A program made the position numbers and the translations under genes. A DNA stretch of 64,000 bases from assembly GCA_963920595.1 (NCBI GenBank), contig OY986946.1, positions 6,448,001 to 6,512,000 of the forward strand, given 5' to 3'. Below are positions 25,601 through 39,579 of the stretch, piece by piece. Every line of letters starts with the position of its first letter. Within the stretch, counting starts at the first letter, position 1. Under the pieces are notes generated by a model. That model ran no database searches. It saw only the letters and a program-made list of their open reading frames with translations, and was not told the DNA's origin. This stretch comes from Eimeria praecox. Lineage: Eukaryota.

Positions 25601-28600
25601 TTAAGTTTACTAGTATCTGCCATGAGCACGACTTCTAACGCTCTTGAAATATCCCGTATGGTAAAAATGTAGTGGCATTTAAGTGGCGTCGGGAGCAAAT
25701 GCGCGGTTATTCGTTCATATGCAGCAACGGTTGCTCCAATTATGTCTTCAGCACAAGTATAAAGGGCCGGCAAGCTTCGTGCCCATGCTCCTCGCAAGAT
25801 TTGGGTGAAGATATGCTTTGTATCTTCCGAAGAAAACTCATCGTGGAACAAAACATTAAAATGCCGGAGAAGCCTGGTATACGCGCAGTCATCGGCAAGC
25901 GCAGGGCCAGTTTGCATTACCTGCAAAAGCTCTGCCTAAGATACTGCGGCTAGCTAACTTTCACTCAGCAAGACATTGCTGTTCAAAAGCTGGCAATGTG
26001 AGGTGACTCACCGCATGTCTGTCCGTGTTCCTGCTACGTCCGTTGCGCCGGCAAGAACAGTACTTGTGTCTTCAACATGAATAAACTGGAATCGCGTACG
26101 TTCGAAAAAGCCTCCGTACTCGACAATCTGCCTCAATAATTGGTGAGGCCTCTGCGCCCCAAATGCGTCCGGGACAGGCGATGCGAGATCGTCAATTAAA
26201 AATAGCATTCGAGACCCATACGGCGGTCCTAACGATCGTCGGTGCCGCTTCACAAAACGGGACATCAAAAAATCTTCCACATCATCTGTGGTAGTCCTAT
26301 GCGCCAGCGCCATTTTACAGCAAACCTGGGAGGCACTGGGATTTCTCATGCATTGTTGTAGAAGCGCGCTCTTGCCAGTGCCGGGTTTTCCACTTAGTAA
26401 ACATCCATATCCACCCTGTGCATTTCAGCAGGAGCCACCCGTTGCACTATGCTTGTTAGTGAATGAACGCTTGTAAATCCCCTTGCAAAGCATATCATAG
26501 TCCTTGTCCTAACGCGCCTGGACTGAAGTGTAAAACGTGCTGTGCGTTTCAGGCTCACGTCTACTAATGTTTGCAGAATGGAAAAATGAGCAACTGTTCG
26601 GGCAGTTGGTACAAAAACGTTGGTAGATGCTATTCCGCCTTCCAATGCATATTTAGGGATCATGGAGTCGAACTTCTTGAGCTCCAAGGTGGTGCTATCA
26701 GGCATAATGCCATAAATGGTTGTGGAAGGCTCCAGCCCCTCAAGTTGCTTGCATATCTTGCAAAGGTCTGGTAGCAAGGCTTTCGAGAGGCCAGATCGCT
26801 GTGCATCGCCCATGTGCCCTCCAACACCCCATGCAATTGAAACGACGAAGTACATGCGTGCCACTTCCTCTGTATGCTCTGTTGGTATGTGCTGCGAAGC
26901 CTCTCTACTCAGCACAGCAGTAAGAAGGCGGCAAACTGATGCTGCCAGGAAGCAGTCGCTCCATGCCATCGACAGCTGAGCAAACCGATCACCCAGTATT
27001 CGTTGGCAAGCACCTTTGGCGCTTATTAACGAAAGAATGGTGTTACTGCCCTCATCTAGAGAGAAATTAAGCATTGCTGTGAGCTAAGACAATGCCAATC
27101 GAAACTAGCCGTTGATCAAACTGGGTTCAAGAGTAACGTTAAGCTTCTTACTGCTGAAGGGCAGATTCTCGAGCAAGCGTACCTTGCAGTTCCCATGGAT
27201 GTATTCAAGAGCCTTTTGGAAAGTAGAGACACACCAGTTTTCCATCTGAGGTGCACACGGTGCGAACTTGTTCTTCTGCACCTCAAATGATTTTCTCCAC
27301 GACTGAAACAAAGGCATCCAACCTCGATGTTCAGGCTCGATGAAGACGGTTCCACATCTGCTAACCGTTGCCGGAGATGCAGCTCCCAAGTCCTATTCCA
27401 CAATTCGAGCCACACAAAGCCGATCGATAGCTCTTCTGGTCCAAAGAAGAACCAATGGTAACTGACGATGCCGGAGGGACGGCTGAGTACTGGAATGTGC
27501 TATTTGGAACTAGTCAATCCCCACAGCAACTTCGAAGAAAATCTTGAGGTTGTTCGGAAGGAGAATGCGCTCGCCATTGCTGAGACAGAGGATCTTGTTG
27601 TCATCTAGAGCAGAGTTTAAGTTCTCTGCCCAGTTTGGATCTAAGGGCCCGTCAAGAACAAGCCAGCTATGGGAACTGCTTTGTGAGGCAAGAGCGTCCC
27701 TAACCCGCTGGAGCAAAACAGAAATTCACAGGTCTTGTTTTCCATCATAACCTGCAGAACACCTCCGTCGAGTTGGGGCGCTCGCTAGTCAACGTGCTGA
27801 GCTCACCGCTGCTACGATTCCGTCAAGCCACTCCGTGGTGTTCGGATCCAGCCTGCCGAAGAGCAGCGTTTCCTCCATCGCCTTGGGATTTACCCGTAAT
27901 ACGTCGCAGTTGTTGGCTTTTGTGCATTCATAGTGAGCAGTGCCAACAGGTGTCTGAACCTCAGACTTGGCGTTAACTTTGGATAAGGCACTTGACAAGC
28001 CGAGAATCAGAGTGGATTTCCCAGATCCCGGAGCTCCCACCTGAGAATACGCTTGGTTTAACGAATTTTGACATTGGTATACTCAGCCGTTCATCAGGAT
28101 ATGCCCAACGGAGTAGTGAGCCGTATTGTTCCCTGCCATCGAACTATGGGAGATAACGAAATGTGCCACTTAATGTATGCTGTCTGTTTCACCGTACCAC
28201 CAGGACACCGTGCCGGAGTTGCTGGGTCTGATATAGTTGCATGGCTTTCTCCACAAAACTAGGTAATGGTTGTAGGTGCTGTTCTTGGAGGATTTCTTCA
28301 AATGCCATTTTTAAGGGATCATCGGATGCTCCTGGCACTCTCTGGTCTGGAAACATGTCAGCCACAAGGCCCAAATATGCTGGTACGTCGTCCATGACAA
28401 GCCTTGGCACTATAGATCGGAGTGCTTGCATCATAGCGCCTGTTTCTTCCAGTCTAGGCAGTCTCTTCTTCACCTCTCCTATTCACAGCCGCAATCAAAG
28501 AACAAACATTCGAAGGCTTTTCGTGGCCTAATGAAAGTATGCAGTGTATCTCAACACAGTTCATCCACATTTCACACCGAACTCACCAGCATTTACCAAC

Positions 28601-31600
28601 ACGGCTTTCATTGCTCGTAATCCCCAGTCGTAATGCTTCTGCTGGCTAAGCAAATCATTCGCGATGGAAAAGACCTGCACCACTTTGGTAGCTAGTGCGC
28701 GTGCAGTGATAAAGCCGTTGGCAAGCAGGAGAACCTCGGCAATTAGCGTGAAGTCTGGCTTCACCATTGAAATTGGTCTGAAAAGCGATTGCAAGTTCTC
28801 GGGAAGCTCCGTCCTACCAGCATAACCTGGATTGTTGGTTATGCAAATTCCTACCCTGGAAGGCACCGCACAAATAACGATGGAGTTTGTGCGCACCAAC
28901 GGGTAACCGCTGTGAAGGAACCCGAAACAGAAGGGTATCAACTCTTCCCTTCGCTTACCTGTGATCAACATGAGTATCCCCTCCATCAAATTCAATTACG
29001 TCCTTTTGAGCTCGTATGGCTGTCTGGATCTTCAGAAGAAGTTGCGCAACAACGGATAAAACCTCTATGTCAATTCTATTGAATTCATCAAAACACGCCC
29101 AAGCCCCAGTTTGAGCAAGGCCTCTGAACAGGCGGGACATTACATGATGGTCCAGTTCTTTCGAACAGTTGAATACAAGGCACGGCACGCCAAGGGCCTT
29201 CGCCAAATCCTTCACCGTTTCTGTCTTGCCTGTGTCGCAGTGCATAAAGACAGGCTTGTGCCTGTACCAGCAGATCAAACGCTTTCTTTGGAGATTCCCA
29301 TGGTGGTGGTCCAGTTACCGCAAAAACTCGTGACTTCATCAGTGGGCTAAATTCGTTTTAGAGCCTATTGCATGGAAGCAGCCTCCCTACCTGTTCCTGC
29401 CGGCCCTGCAGGCGCTCCCCCGTACCCAAGATGCAAGGCGGAGGTAACTGTCATGAAACACTTGTCAGTAAGCGGAGTGATGACAAGTCTTGCGGCACAG
29501 CCAAGATACTCATGCCGATACCGGAATCTGCAAGCCAGGTAGCACGCCGCTACCTGCTGCATTCAGTTAAGCGTTAGATATTACTATATAAAGTGAGTAC
29601 AATTCTTCTTAGAGAGCTCTAGGTGGCTCGGGACGCTATGTCGCACCAATGTTCTGTTTCGCCGATTTCATGAGCTTACTTCGCTTGGAGCTGTTCTATG
29701 TCGCAGTCTTCATCCTCCGAATGCCAATAGTAACGCAGCTGCTTTGTCCATTCAAAGCACGAAGGGCCTATGTTCTTTGATTGGTGCAAAGAATTTAGGA
29801 TGTCGCGGGCATGCACCATCAAAACAAGAAGAGACTGGGCTAACTGTTGGGACGATGAATCCTCTGTCTGTGCATTAAGCAGCGCAAGCCTGAGTTCAAG
29901 CAAGAAGACATTTAATTTCAAACGTGGATATTATGTCTTTTTGCCAATTCCTACGCACGACCATTTCAGTCCGACAGGAATTTCCAATTAGGCGAGTATT
30001 CGTGCGAAAAGGAATACATTTTTGCCGGAATGCTCGTCTAGTGGAGCAGTACTAGCCATCTGCAAGGTCCTTAATTCTCTGTGGTACTGTGGCTGCTATT
30101 CTCCACTGGTAGCAGCAACGATCTCGTTAAAAAGCCTCTCACTGCTCAATGTCCTTGTTCGTTTCTTGTAGACAGCCTTCGAAAGCTGCGCTTTGTCCAT
30201 CTGACTCCATGATTTGTAGAGCACTTTCTGTGTTGGAGCACCAGTGAATCATCGCTGCGGTCAATATGCACTGGGCAGGGTGCTCATACAGCCAATGCTG
30301 CAAGCCCTGCCCTCCACCAGCTCGGCTTTGTAGTGCAACCTTTAGGCGACGCTTCAAAGATGCTATCATGGCGCCTTCAAGTGCGCTGAACCATTGTTCG
30401 ATCGGAGCAAGGGCACTAACAGGCGAGTCCAAGTCTAGCTTATTCCCTTCCTCAGAGTAGAGCCCCTCTATCGTAGTCCCATTCGATGCCACAGCAACAG
30501 CGCGGATTCCATCAAAGCACTTTTGAAAGCTGTGCTGCAAAGCGTTGGGCTGCTTGGCCTTAGATACGATCTTGATAAGCTCCTCTCGAGAGAGGAAATA
30601 GAACCTGGGAAAGGCCATCCGCTTCAGGTCAAGGTAGTCCTGTGCGGAACGCCAAAGAAAGCAGTGACTTTATTTTATATTCCCCGTTACTTGCAGCTGC
30701 CCTTTTCCCTCGTACTTTAACAAAATCGCCTGCTGTTAGGCTCTTCTGATTTACCTCCAGCTTTCTCTGGACTGCAGCTAATATTCCATTTTTTTCCGCA
30801 AGGAGCTCGTATAGGCCTTCTTCTTCCACAACTGCTATGACATTGGACTGCTCCCCTCGGATCCTCCTGAGGTAAGCTCTCCAAAAGCTATCGACCCGTT
30901 CAAATGCTTCTGCATCATCAGGCAGCTGTTCGAGAGCCTCCACATTGCCAAAAATGCTCTGTAGCCCGATCCATTGGCGCTGAAGTTGTGCCAGCTCCTC
31001 TGCAGCGAAATTACCGCAGCAATTCTGGCCGTGATGTTCCAGCGGCCGGACACCCAAAACATATCCGATGCATAGCCACCCCTTTTAGGGCTCAAAAGTT
31101 GTAATTAACAGACTAGAAGACTGCTAAAAGGTCCACTGCGTACCCAAGACCTGTTGAGCTACGTCAAGCTTCCCTGCCCAAAATTCCACTTTGTCCTTTA
31201 GAACTCCCACATACGGGTTATGCAACATGCGTTGCACAGATATCTGATGATCCTCTACCAAAGAGAGCAGTTCGCTAATATCCCCTGCATCAGCACGAGC
31301 ACCACAGCAATGGGATACTATATTAACACTAAGCTATGCATAACCCAAACACTGCTCCACATAAGCGGCTCCACATAAGCGGCTTTCGTACACTGTATCG
31401 CACAACCAGGCTCACCGAGGATAAAGGCATTTGGATCTTCATCAAATGGCTTTACCAGTAGCTCTCGTGTTTCCCAGACCTCTGTAATCTTGTCCATCGT
31501 CTGGCCTAAAGACTGTTGGACCGAGGCTAGAGTGGATATCTCGTTAATAAAGTCGCGCTTAGAAAAAATATCCATTTCGTCCAGTTGCCTCAAACATGTT

Positions 31601-34600
31601 GACTCTTCTGTTCCGGGAATCCTACGCAGAAGTAGCTGAGCCAATTAGTATGAAATTGCTTATGCAATCTAATGGACCCAAGTCGGCATCACTGCCTCGG
31701 TGCCACATTCGCCAGCTATGGCTTACTGAAGTTCATCAAAAATAGCTTCCCAGTGTCGGCGCTTAAGTGCAGGATTCCCCAAGTCCAAGATAAGCGGCAG
31801 ACGAGAAAGCCAGCCTTCAACTTCCTTTTTAAATTCTGCCGCAACCGGGTCTCCAGGAAGATTTTGCAAAGCTACACAAGCTTCCTTTAAGTACTTCTTT
31901 ATCTCAACCTCAATTTCCTCAGCATCAAGTGCAGCCAGAGGGACGCCAAGCCACTTCAGTGACAAACGAACACATGACAGCCTCAAAATTATAGTTACGT
32001 ACTAGTTCCTGTCTAGCTCCGTATGCTCATGGCTTGCTCGTTTGCCGCGATTGAGCATTAGCATGCAACCTCAGATGTGAAGCAGGGTCCTGCATTACCT
32101 TAGCCGTGCTGGCCTGCCAAGAGCAGATCTGGTGCCACATTTCCACTTTGGGTTTGATGAGTCGGTGCGTTTCTTCTGTTTGCTTGGATATGGCAGCAGG
32201 AGCCTCTGGAGCAAGGAGCTCTGCCATGCCTCGCAGGGTCTCCGCCTTGCCATAGGCGAAGTTGATACGCTCTTCATACGCTTTTAACTGCTCGTAATAC
32301 TTCGTTGCATTATCCAATGCCTCTATCTTGGTAAACTCCTCTGGCAAATGCAAGGACTCGGCAGCATGAATTCTACTGTGACTGTGCTATGCGCATGTTA
32401 ACCTGCGTTTCCAACAATCCTTGAACAGAGCAGCAGGCGCGGTGTTGGTACATTGACTATGAATAGCTGCACAGCTCACCGTCTTTGATAAGCTTGTTTA
32501 GCTCTTGCATCTCTTTCTCCACCTCTTCCGTCTTTGCCTTCAGCTCGACCTTCATGGCTTGCAAGTTATTCCTAAGGAGGGGAAAATATCGCATTCAACG
32601 GTTTTTTTCTTATCTGGAAATTAACATGCAGCACCCGAGCTGGCAGGCTCTACTGGTAGGAAGGATGCGCTTGTTTAAGAATATACGCGTTGTTCCCATA
32701 CCTTATATGCTCCGCTGCATCGAGAAGCTTGAACGTCTCAAATTCATTTGCACTCTTCAGCATATTTTCAAGCTGGATTGTATCTTCAACCGCTAGTCGG
32801 ACACCGTATTGTTTTAGTAGAGAGAACATTTCCTCAGCAGCTGCCTGCAGAGTAATCCAGTGCATTTCAGAAGATGACTGCTTGCCGAAGGCTTACCTGC
32901 CTAGGGATGGGGCTGAGTGAAAGATATCGAGCCAAGAATGCAAATTATAACCTCCATTCACGCCCTTTAAATTGTGGCCGCACCTTATCACGGTCAAGAT
33001 CTTCAATTTGAGCCTTGATCCCGTTGCAGCTACTCACAAAAGAAGCAAAGGGGACCAGCTTCGTCGGCCGTTCATCTAGGCGTTTGTTTATGGATTCGAA
33101 CCGATTGGCGGTATTTCGAACCTAACATCACAGGCACACGTAAATGTCTGAAGAATCGAAGCTGTTCAGAAGAAAACTGAGGCGACCATAACAAGCGAGT
33201 CCAAAATCACTTTGGGTATCGCTTAGGCTTCTTATACTTTTAGGAAGCATGGAGCAGCAGAAGAAGTGTAAATTCTGTTGCACTCGAATTGTGCAGGTAG
33301 CCGAATGTGGTAGAGTGCTTACGTGCTCTTTCATGAGTCTCCACAGAAGCCGCTTCATGAAAGTAAGCGCCTTTTCCGTAATAGGCTGCAGCGATGACTT
33401 GAGGCTCCGTGCTTCTATTGAAAACAGCCCAACAACGTGGACCGGGTTAAGCTTGTCAAGCTTTTCTTCAAACTCTGAAATAAGCTCCATCTCGGTGGAC
33501 AGCTCATCATGCCCACTGACTGATTCTGCGAATGCTGCCTCATCCCAATTCTGTCCATACTCATAAATCTGCCTGCGCGGTACATAATAATCACACTAGC
33601 ACAGCAGTACTTTCTGGGGACCAGCTGTATCTAGAACGAATCTTCAAGGTATCAACACGTTTATCTTTAGAGAGGAACTGGAGGTTCACGCTTGGCTTTA
33701 GGTGCACTTTTGGGGAACTAGGAGGGAGACGCGTACCGGTAGATTCCAAAGTACGATTCGGAATATTTCTGGGCGCGGTCGAAGTCCTTTAAGATCCTCT
33801 CTTCAATTCGTTTCTGCAAGTCGTGCATTGATATTAGGTTCATTTCGTCCCCTCCATTATCGATGCGGTGCCATCTACATTGCGGAGCTGCTGCACGGCA
33901 GTAGGAAGGCTAGCCCAAATGTGGAAGGCTCATCTGCAACTGTATCCTATTTGTAGCTTGTAGTAATATTGGCTGTATTGCCAAACATTTTTGTGTACCT
34001 TCATAAGCTGCAGATGCTTCGACTGAGTCAATAATGATTCTAAACTCAGTGGAGGACCTTGTACAACAGAGTCTTCAAATTGGCGACACTGGCTCAGTAG
34101 CAGAACGCTGCTGACGGTGGAAACAATTCCTGCATTAAAACCGAGTTTCAACGTCACATTAGTATCGGACGTGGCAAGAGAGGGACGTGAATAGCCGTTC
34201 TCACATGTGGTCGTGTGCTGCTGCCCATTTTCTAGGCGTGTTGGTACGTGAGCAATGCTCAGTTGTAGCGAAACTTCAGCATGCTCTCGCCTGCGGGAAA
34301 ACTTCTCAATTGTGGTGCATCAAGGCATATGCGTTTCCCCCAGCCAGTTGCCTTACCTTCCCACCATTCGTGGTGCATAGAGACAAAGGCTGGACGGCCC
34401 GGGTCGAGTTCTACTTTTGTACTTCCGAAGCAAACATTAACAGAAAACAGTTTTGCACAATTTTCCTCTGTGCCCAGGCGCTCCAGCATCGTCGCTGCCG
34501 CCTTAGTGACGGCCTGGACAAGCATTCCGAACGCACACACACATGCCACTTTGTAAGCACCTTCCTTCGAAGTCCCCATGGCACGCAGGCGGCAAGTATC

Positions 34601-36437
34601 AAGGGGCTCTCCAGAGTGGGATGCTGCGGGCCTGCTGTGTGCGTGTACTGTTTCTAGCTGCATCTGCCTGGCAATGCGTTTACATTTGCTGTGGTACTAC
34701 ACCTTGGCTAGCCTCATGGTGAAAATAAGATCTATTAAGAGAACGAATTGCCCGAAGAGCGCTTGGTTTTTGTATGCCTGCCGAATAAGTCGCTGTTGCT
34801 CTACTGCCTCTCGCTTTGCCTGAAAGATAGATTTTCCCTTATTTGAGGAGCAAGCGTGCATCGGGTCCACTTCTGGCAGCTGAGTTGCCTCCTGAAGCTT
34901 TTGCATCAGCTCAACAAGCAGAGCCCTTGCCTCCGCTTGTTTGACCTGTACAGGAGCACGAGAATTCTCAGTTTCCCAATCCAGCTACAGGTAGGCTGCT
35001 CTTCGCTTACTTGAACTTTCACAGGCCAGTTATTGGAGGGTTATTTTACGTGCCTACCGAGCAGCAACCGAAATCAGAAGCAGCACCAGAAACAGCAGCA
35101 GCAACAACAGCAGCCACTGCCGCCTAGGGGTGATTTGCACTCATTTGCTCATTTGTTCGCTTTCACAGTGCAAAGCTGACCTCCAACGCTTTGCTTGCTC
35201 CAATCTTCGGATCCGAACGCAAAGTGTGCTGCTGTGCGGTAAACTGAGAAATATCGTAAAGCCCCGGCTGGAGCTCGACTAACTTGACTTCGCTGACGCC
35301 GGCGAGGACCTTGTGAATTTGTAGGAGATGCTCGCAGTAAATGGGTTTTGCTATAAATAGCGTCCTGCACAGCATTTCTCTTCGCTCTTCGAATACGTGC
35401 TTTCTCGATGCATGACTCCACAAACACAACACTTTGCGGGCAACGAAGGTCTTGAAAAACGGAAGGGCTCGCAGCAGGGAATGAACGAACGCTTGCCGCA
35501 TCCACTCGTCCTGCCGAAAACACTCTGAAGGTTTCCCCGGGCAAATGTGCATTACTGCAGTTTCCGATATGGTGAAGTGCTCGGGGTTTACTTGATTTTG
35601 CGGCACCACGACGAGCTTGTAGGGCTCAAACTCTAGCGGGTCAGTTGGCGCCCTATTGCAGAAAAGAAACTTAGTTTTTGTTGTGCTTCCGTGTCTAGCA
35701 AAAAACGCCACAGCGTCTCGTTCTGTTCTCACTTTCGTCAAGTCCGCGTAGCCATTTGCATCCAAATCCTGGTTCTGCGCTGCAGTATTTTCGTTCTCGG
35801 TGTGTAGTTTCATCAGGCTCTCTACCGCTTCAGCGGAGTTGGTACTACCTTTAGTAGTGCGATTAACTGGTGAAGGTGAGCTGTTCATGTACGCCTCGTA
35901 CAGGAAGCTCACATGTTTGGGCACTGCTGGTTCTGATGTAGATATGTGCTGAAGTGTTGCGAGAGACTGCTCACGACTGCGTCTCGTCCTCCGGGTAGAG
36001 GATTCGCCGGTTCTTTTCTCGTGATCACCTAGGAGGGAATGCAAGATTGGTGCTGGGCGCCGCCTTCTCTGGTTCTCAGCGTTGAACACTCCATCAACGA
36101 GGGGTGGTAGAGACCATTTAGGGCTCTGAACTAAGCCATATGGGGCTGTGCATCTTAACGTTTCTGCAACAAGGCTGGGCGCCGTTTTTTGCTTTGGTGG
36201 CTCTTTCGCAGGCTGTTCAGTGGTTTCAGAACCCTCCTGGGCACTGGGTTCAACGTCGCATTCTCCCAAATCATCGTTGCTGTCACCTTTGCCGGAACTT
36301 TCTGATGAATCAGGGCTTGAATAAGAGCATTTTGCTGGCTCTTGAAAACGGATGGCTGTTCCGTTGGCCGAGTCCTCAGCAAAATCCTCACCGCGAGTAT
36401 CCCCTCCGCCCCCGCCGCTAGCTGAGGAAGGCGTCAT
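16662..36437 (-). CDS. DNAH6-like: Axonemal dynein heavy chain, inner-arm type (DNAH6-like tail); dozens of short introns
   Basis: Linker FPRFYFLS (~30600). AAA1: [37 protein letters not shown] (29420-29200), [42 protein letters not shown]2: GAPGSGKST (~28030), [34 protein letters not shown]3: GKPGTGKS (~26385). AAA4: [21 protein letters not shown]. Stalk/[23 protein letters not shown] (~22950). AAA6: [37 protein letters not shown]-terminus CPVYRT..W..RSVALLC, last exon 16753-16662. N-terminal block PYKLVVV..HFTIS..W.R..PFFK suggests DNAH6 (subtype less certain than family). Confidence 0.95.
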
Positions 36438-38176
36438 GGAGAGAATATTTTGTACCCAGATGAGCTGATGCCACCGTAGGGCCAGCTGAGTATACCTTTG
36501 GATCAGATCAGTGTCTTATTAATCAAGTCATTGATATCTTCGCGTCTGCGTCGTGCTGTTGCATAATTAAGAAAGAATAGCTGCTAATCCCCTGCCCAGA
36601 TCCAACTCTCTACTTAACAAGCTAGCAAGGCTGACTCTCGGTACTTATAGGGTATGGCAGCTTCAACGGTTCCAAGTACTTAACTCCTCTAATCACACAC
36701 TCATGAAAAAACCCACCAACTGAACCGAAACTGCTGGGCTCAGCTGCTCACTCCACCCTACGAGTAGTGTTTCGAAAGGGGTCGTTGGAGGCGTGCGGAG
36801 CAGTGAGACTGCATTTAATGAGCTACTAGTGGTAGAAAGCTTAGATCCTGGTTCTGCCGCTACGGTGGAGTGGCCTATGCGCTGCACTTTGAAGGCAGCT
36901 GCAGCGTTCTTTTACTCCACCAAGCTTTAAATGATAACTATTAATCGTCCTGTTGTTGGTAATTATAATATATGCGTAGGCGTAAGCTGACCACTAACAA
37001 ATTATACCGCAACAGTCCACCCGGCCAGCTTGAGACGGCTGACTAGCTCTGCTGTTGGGGTACCCCGCGTGCACCAGAAGTCGAGAAGCAATGTTCTTCA
37101 CCAATAAAACCATTTTTACTCAGTATTTCAACGTTTGTCTTCTGCAATGAAACCCCTAGCTCGTGGAATCTGCCCTGGCTGACAAAACACACGGTACAAG
37201 CTCCCCCCTGGAGCCGGACAGGTGCAACGTCAGGCTACTTGCGTCTCTCATTGCCAGCAGATCCCCCTTTTGGTCTTCTTCCAAGTTGTAAGTCGTACTA
37301 CTATAAGCATTATGCGAAAAAGGTAGTGGGCACATCTGTTTCCAAAAGGGGGTCGCTGGGTGAACTGGTCTGGATTGCTCTAGGCATACAGTGTGGGAGA
37401 ACACATTCAGTAATAACAGGACTTCTCTGCCTAGAGAACACATTACGTACTAACAGGACTCCTCTGCCTACAATTCACTGTTAAAACAGTGATGTGTGAA
37501 GGAAGAAGCTAACTGCTCTATGACACCAAACACTTAACACTGTGGCTACCGCCCTCAGTCGCGGCAGCTCACCCTCCTTTGCCGGCGAAAACCTGCGTTT
37601 GACTAAGTATTAGAAGGCGTGTTGGCCAACCGCTCGCATATACGGTTTTCTAAAGCAGATCATACAGTTTATTGCAGTCAAACGCTCTCCTCTGACCGCA
37701 AAACGCCGCAAGAAGCAAAACGACGGATGGCGCCTTCTGGCTTGCCTGACCAAACCGAATCGCATGCAAAGGACCACGCGGACACCACTTGCTGCATGCT
37801 TCACTGTAAGGTCACATTGGGGCCACCCCCTCCAGGAAATAATGACGCTGTAGATTCACATATCATGGGACCTGCTGTACAGAGCCCGTTAGCAGGGGCC
37901 TTGCCCGCATCAATAGACTACGACCCCACATTAGGTTTAGGCTCCTGTGTACCTCCTTTTAGTACTTTCTACATATCCTAGGCTTGTTTGGGGGACAGCA
38001 CTGTTGAGTTCCCGAGGGATTGTACTGCAGCTGCCCCGCCGTCATCTTCGATGAGAAGTGTGTCTGGCCTTTCTGGACGCGCACATTTGACTTTCCTCCT
38101 CTGTCGTTGGCCGCTGTCTTTACGGTGTGCCGAGGTAGTAAGCTCAGGTCTAATGCCTTGAGTAGAAGTGAATGAG

Positions 38177-39579
38177 TCAGCAGCAACCTTTGGCCGGCTG
38201 CTTACGCGTGTGGCTTCTTTTTCTCCTGCAAGGCTCTTGCGCTCCAGCAGAGGCGCACGCGCCATAGGGCGTTTTGCTTGCTGGGTAGACGAAGCATTTC
38301 CCTCCCTCGGACTTTGCGATTTCCTCAAGCTTCTGCTGGTACTTGCGGATCAATTCTAACTCTTCCTGACGAGCGATTTCGGCGGCCCGTGCCTCCCTCT
38401 CCTGGATTTCTTTCATACGCCGAACCTCTTCTTCGTATATCTGCTGCTGCGTCTTGTGAGCATCCTCAAGCAGCTGCAGATTAAAAGAAACAGGTGAGAC
38501 GAAATAGAACTTTTTGAAGTGCCTCTTGCGATGCGGATTGCGCGTGCGCCACCACACCAGCGCTCATTAGCAAGGACAATATGCGTGTCTGCGCTCTATC
38601 AAGAATATGCATCTAAGCAGATTGTTTTGCTGTCTCAATAGTATTTGTATGTGCAGCTGGCCAATGCAGCTTTCCTCACCCTGTTCCAGTCTTGTATTTG
38701 TTTCTGCTGTTCCTCCAGTCCCTGCTGGTACACGGCTTGTTGCTTGACATATTGCTCCTGAAATTCCTTCATTGCCTTAGCGTAGTTGGCGCTCTGCTCT
38801 TCTTGGTCAGCTCTCAACTTTTCCATCCATTCCGCCTGGTCGTCTGAGCGACAAACAAATTTAAACGCCAAAGGAGTTATATCAAATAGGATAACCCAAA
38901 TCCGACAACACATTACTCAATATGCATAGCAGAGGTCGCTGGCAGCCTGTTGCCGGCAGCCTCCGGTTCTCAAAGAGAAGGCTTAAGAAGCCAAAGAAGC
39001 ACGCGCAAGAAGCCGGAATACCTGCATGAGTGTCAAGTATCTTCTTCAGCCAGACAACTGCAAGGCTCTTGAAGTCCTCTACGGTGAGATTAGCGTCGCC
39101 AAAGAGTCGTGTCGTGGCAACTCCGAATTCTGCCAATTCGTGGCGCACATGGGCGGGGTCGAGGGCTCCTGCAAGTTAACCGACAGCAGCACACTTGTTG
39201 TGTGCAACTCCACATGCATGCTTGGTGGGATGTTTGTGCATATAGGCTGCAGTGGGGTGTAGTTTCATGGTTCTGCCTGTAATGACCCTTCAGGTGGGAT
39301 CGGAAGCAAAAGTAACTAGGTGCCGGGTCTGGCGATGATTTTCTTCTATTATTTGGACTCACCCGATTCCTTGCTAAATCGAGTGACGTATTCTATTAGC
39401 CCGTATTGCATCAGCAAATGCCGAATAACAGGCTCGAGCGTGGCATAGGGAAGGGCAAGGGCTCCTTCCACATCATGGCAACTGAATGCCATATCAAGCT
39501 GCTGCTCTAGGCCGGGATACAGCGTGTATATTTCACGCTTGATGTTGTGTTTCTCCTGGGTAGTCAGAGATTGACCCAT
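38177..39579 (-). CDS. 274-aa protein with N-myristoylation motif, EF-hand-like N-domain, Gln/Glu coiled coil and C-terminal basic patch + CC; candidate pellicle/IMC protein
   Basis: Phase-consistent exons 39579-39363, 39168-39022, 38843-38680, 38473-38177 (825 nt). Start context gaaaATGG; begins MGQSLT; ends RRKRSHTRKQPAKGCC*. Function is inferred. Confidence 0.75.
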
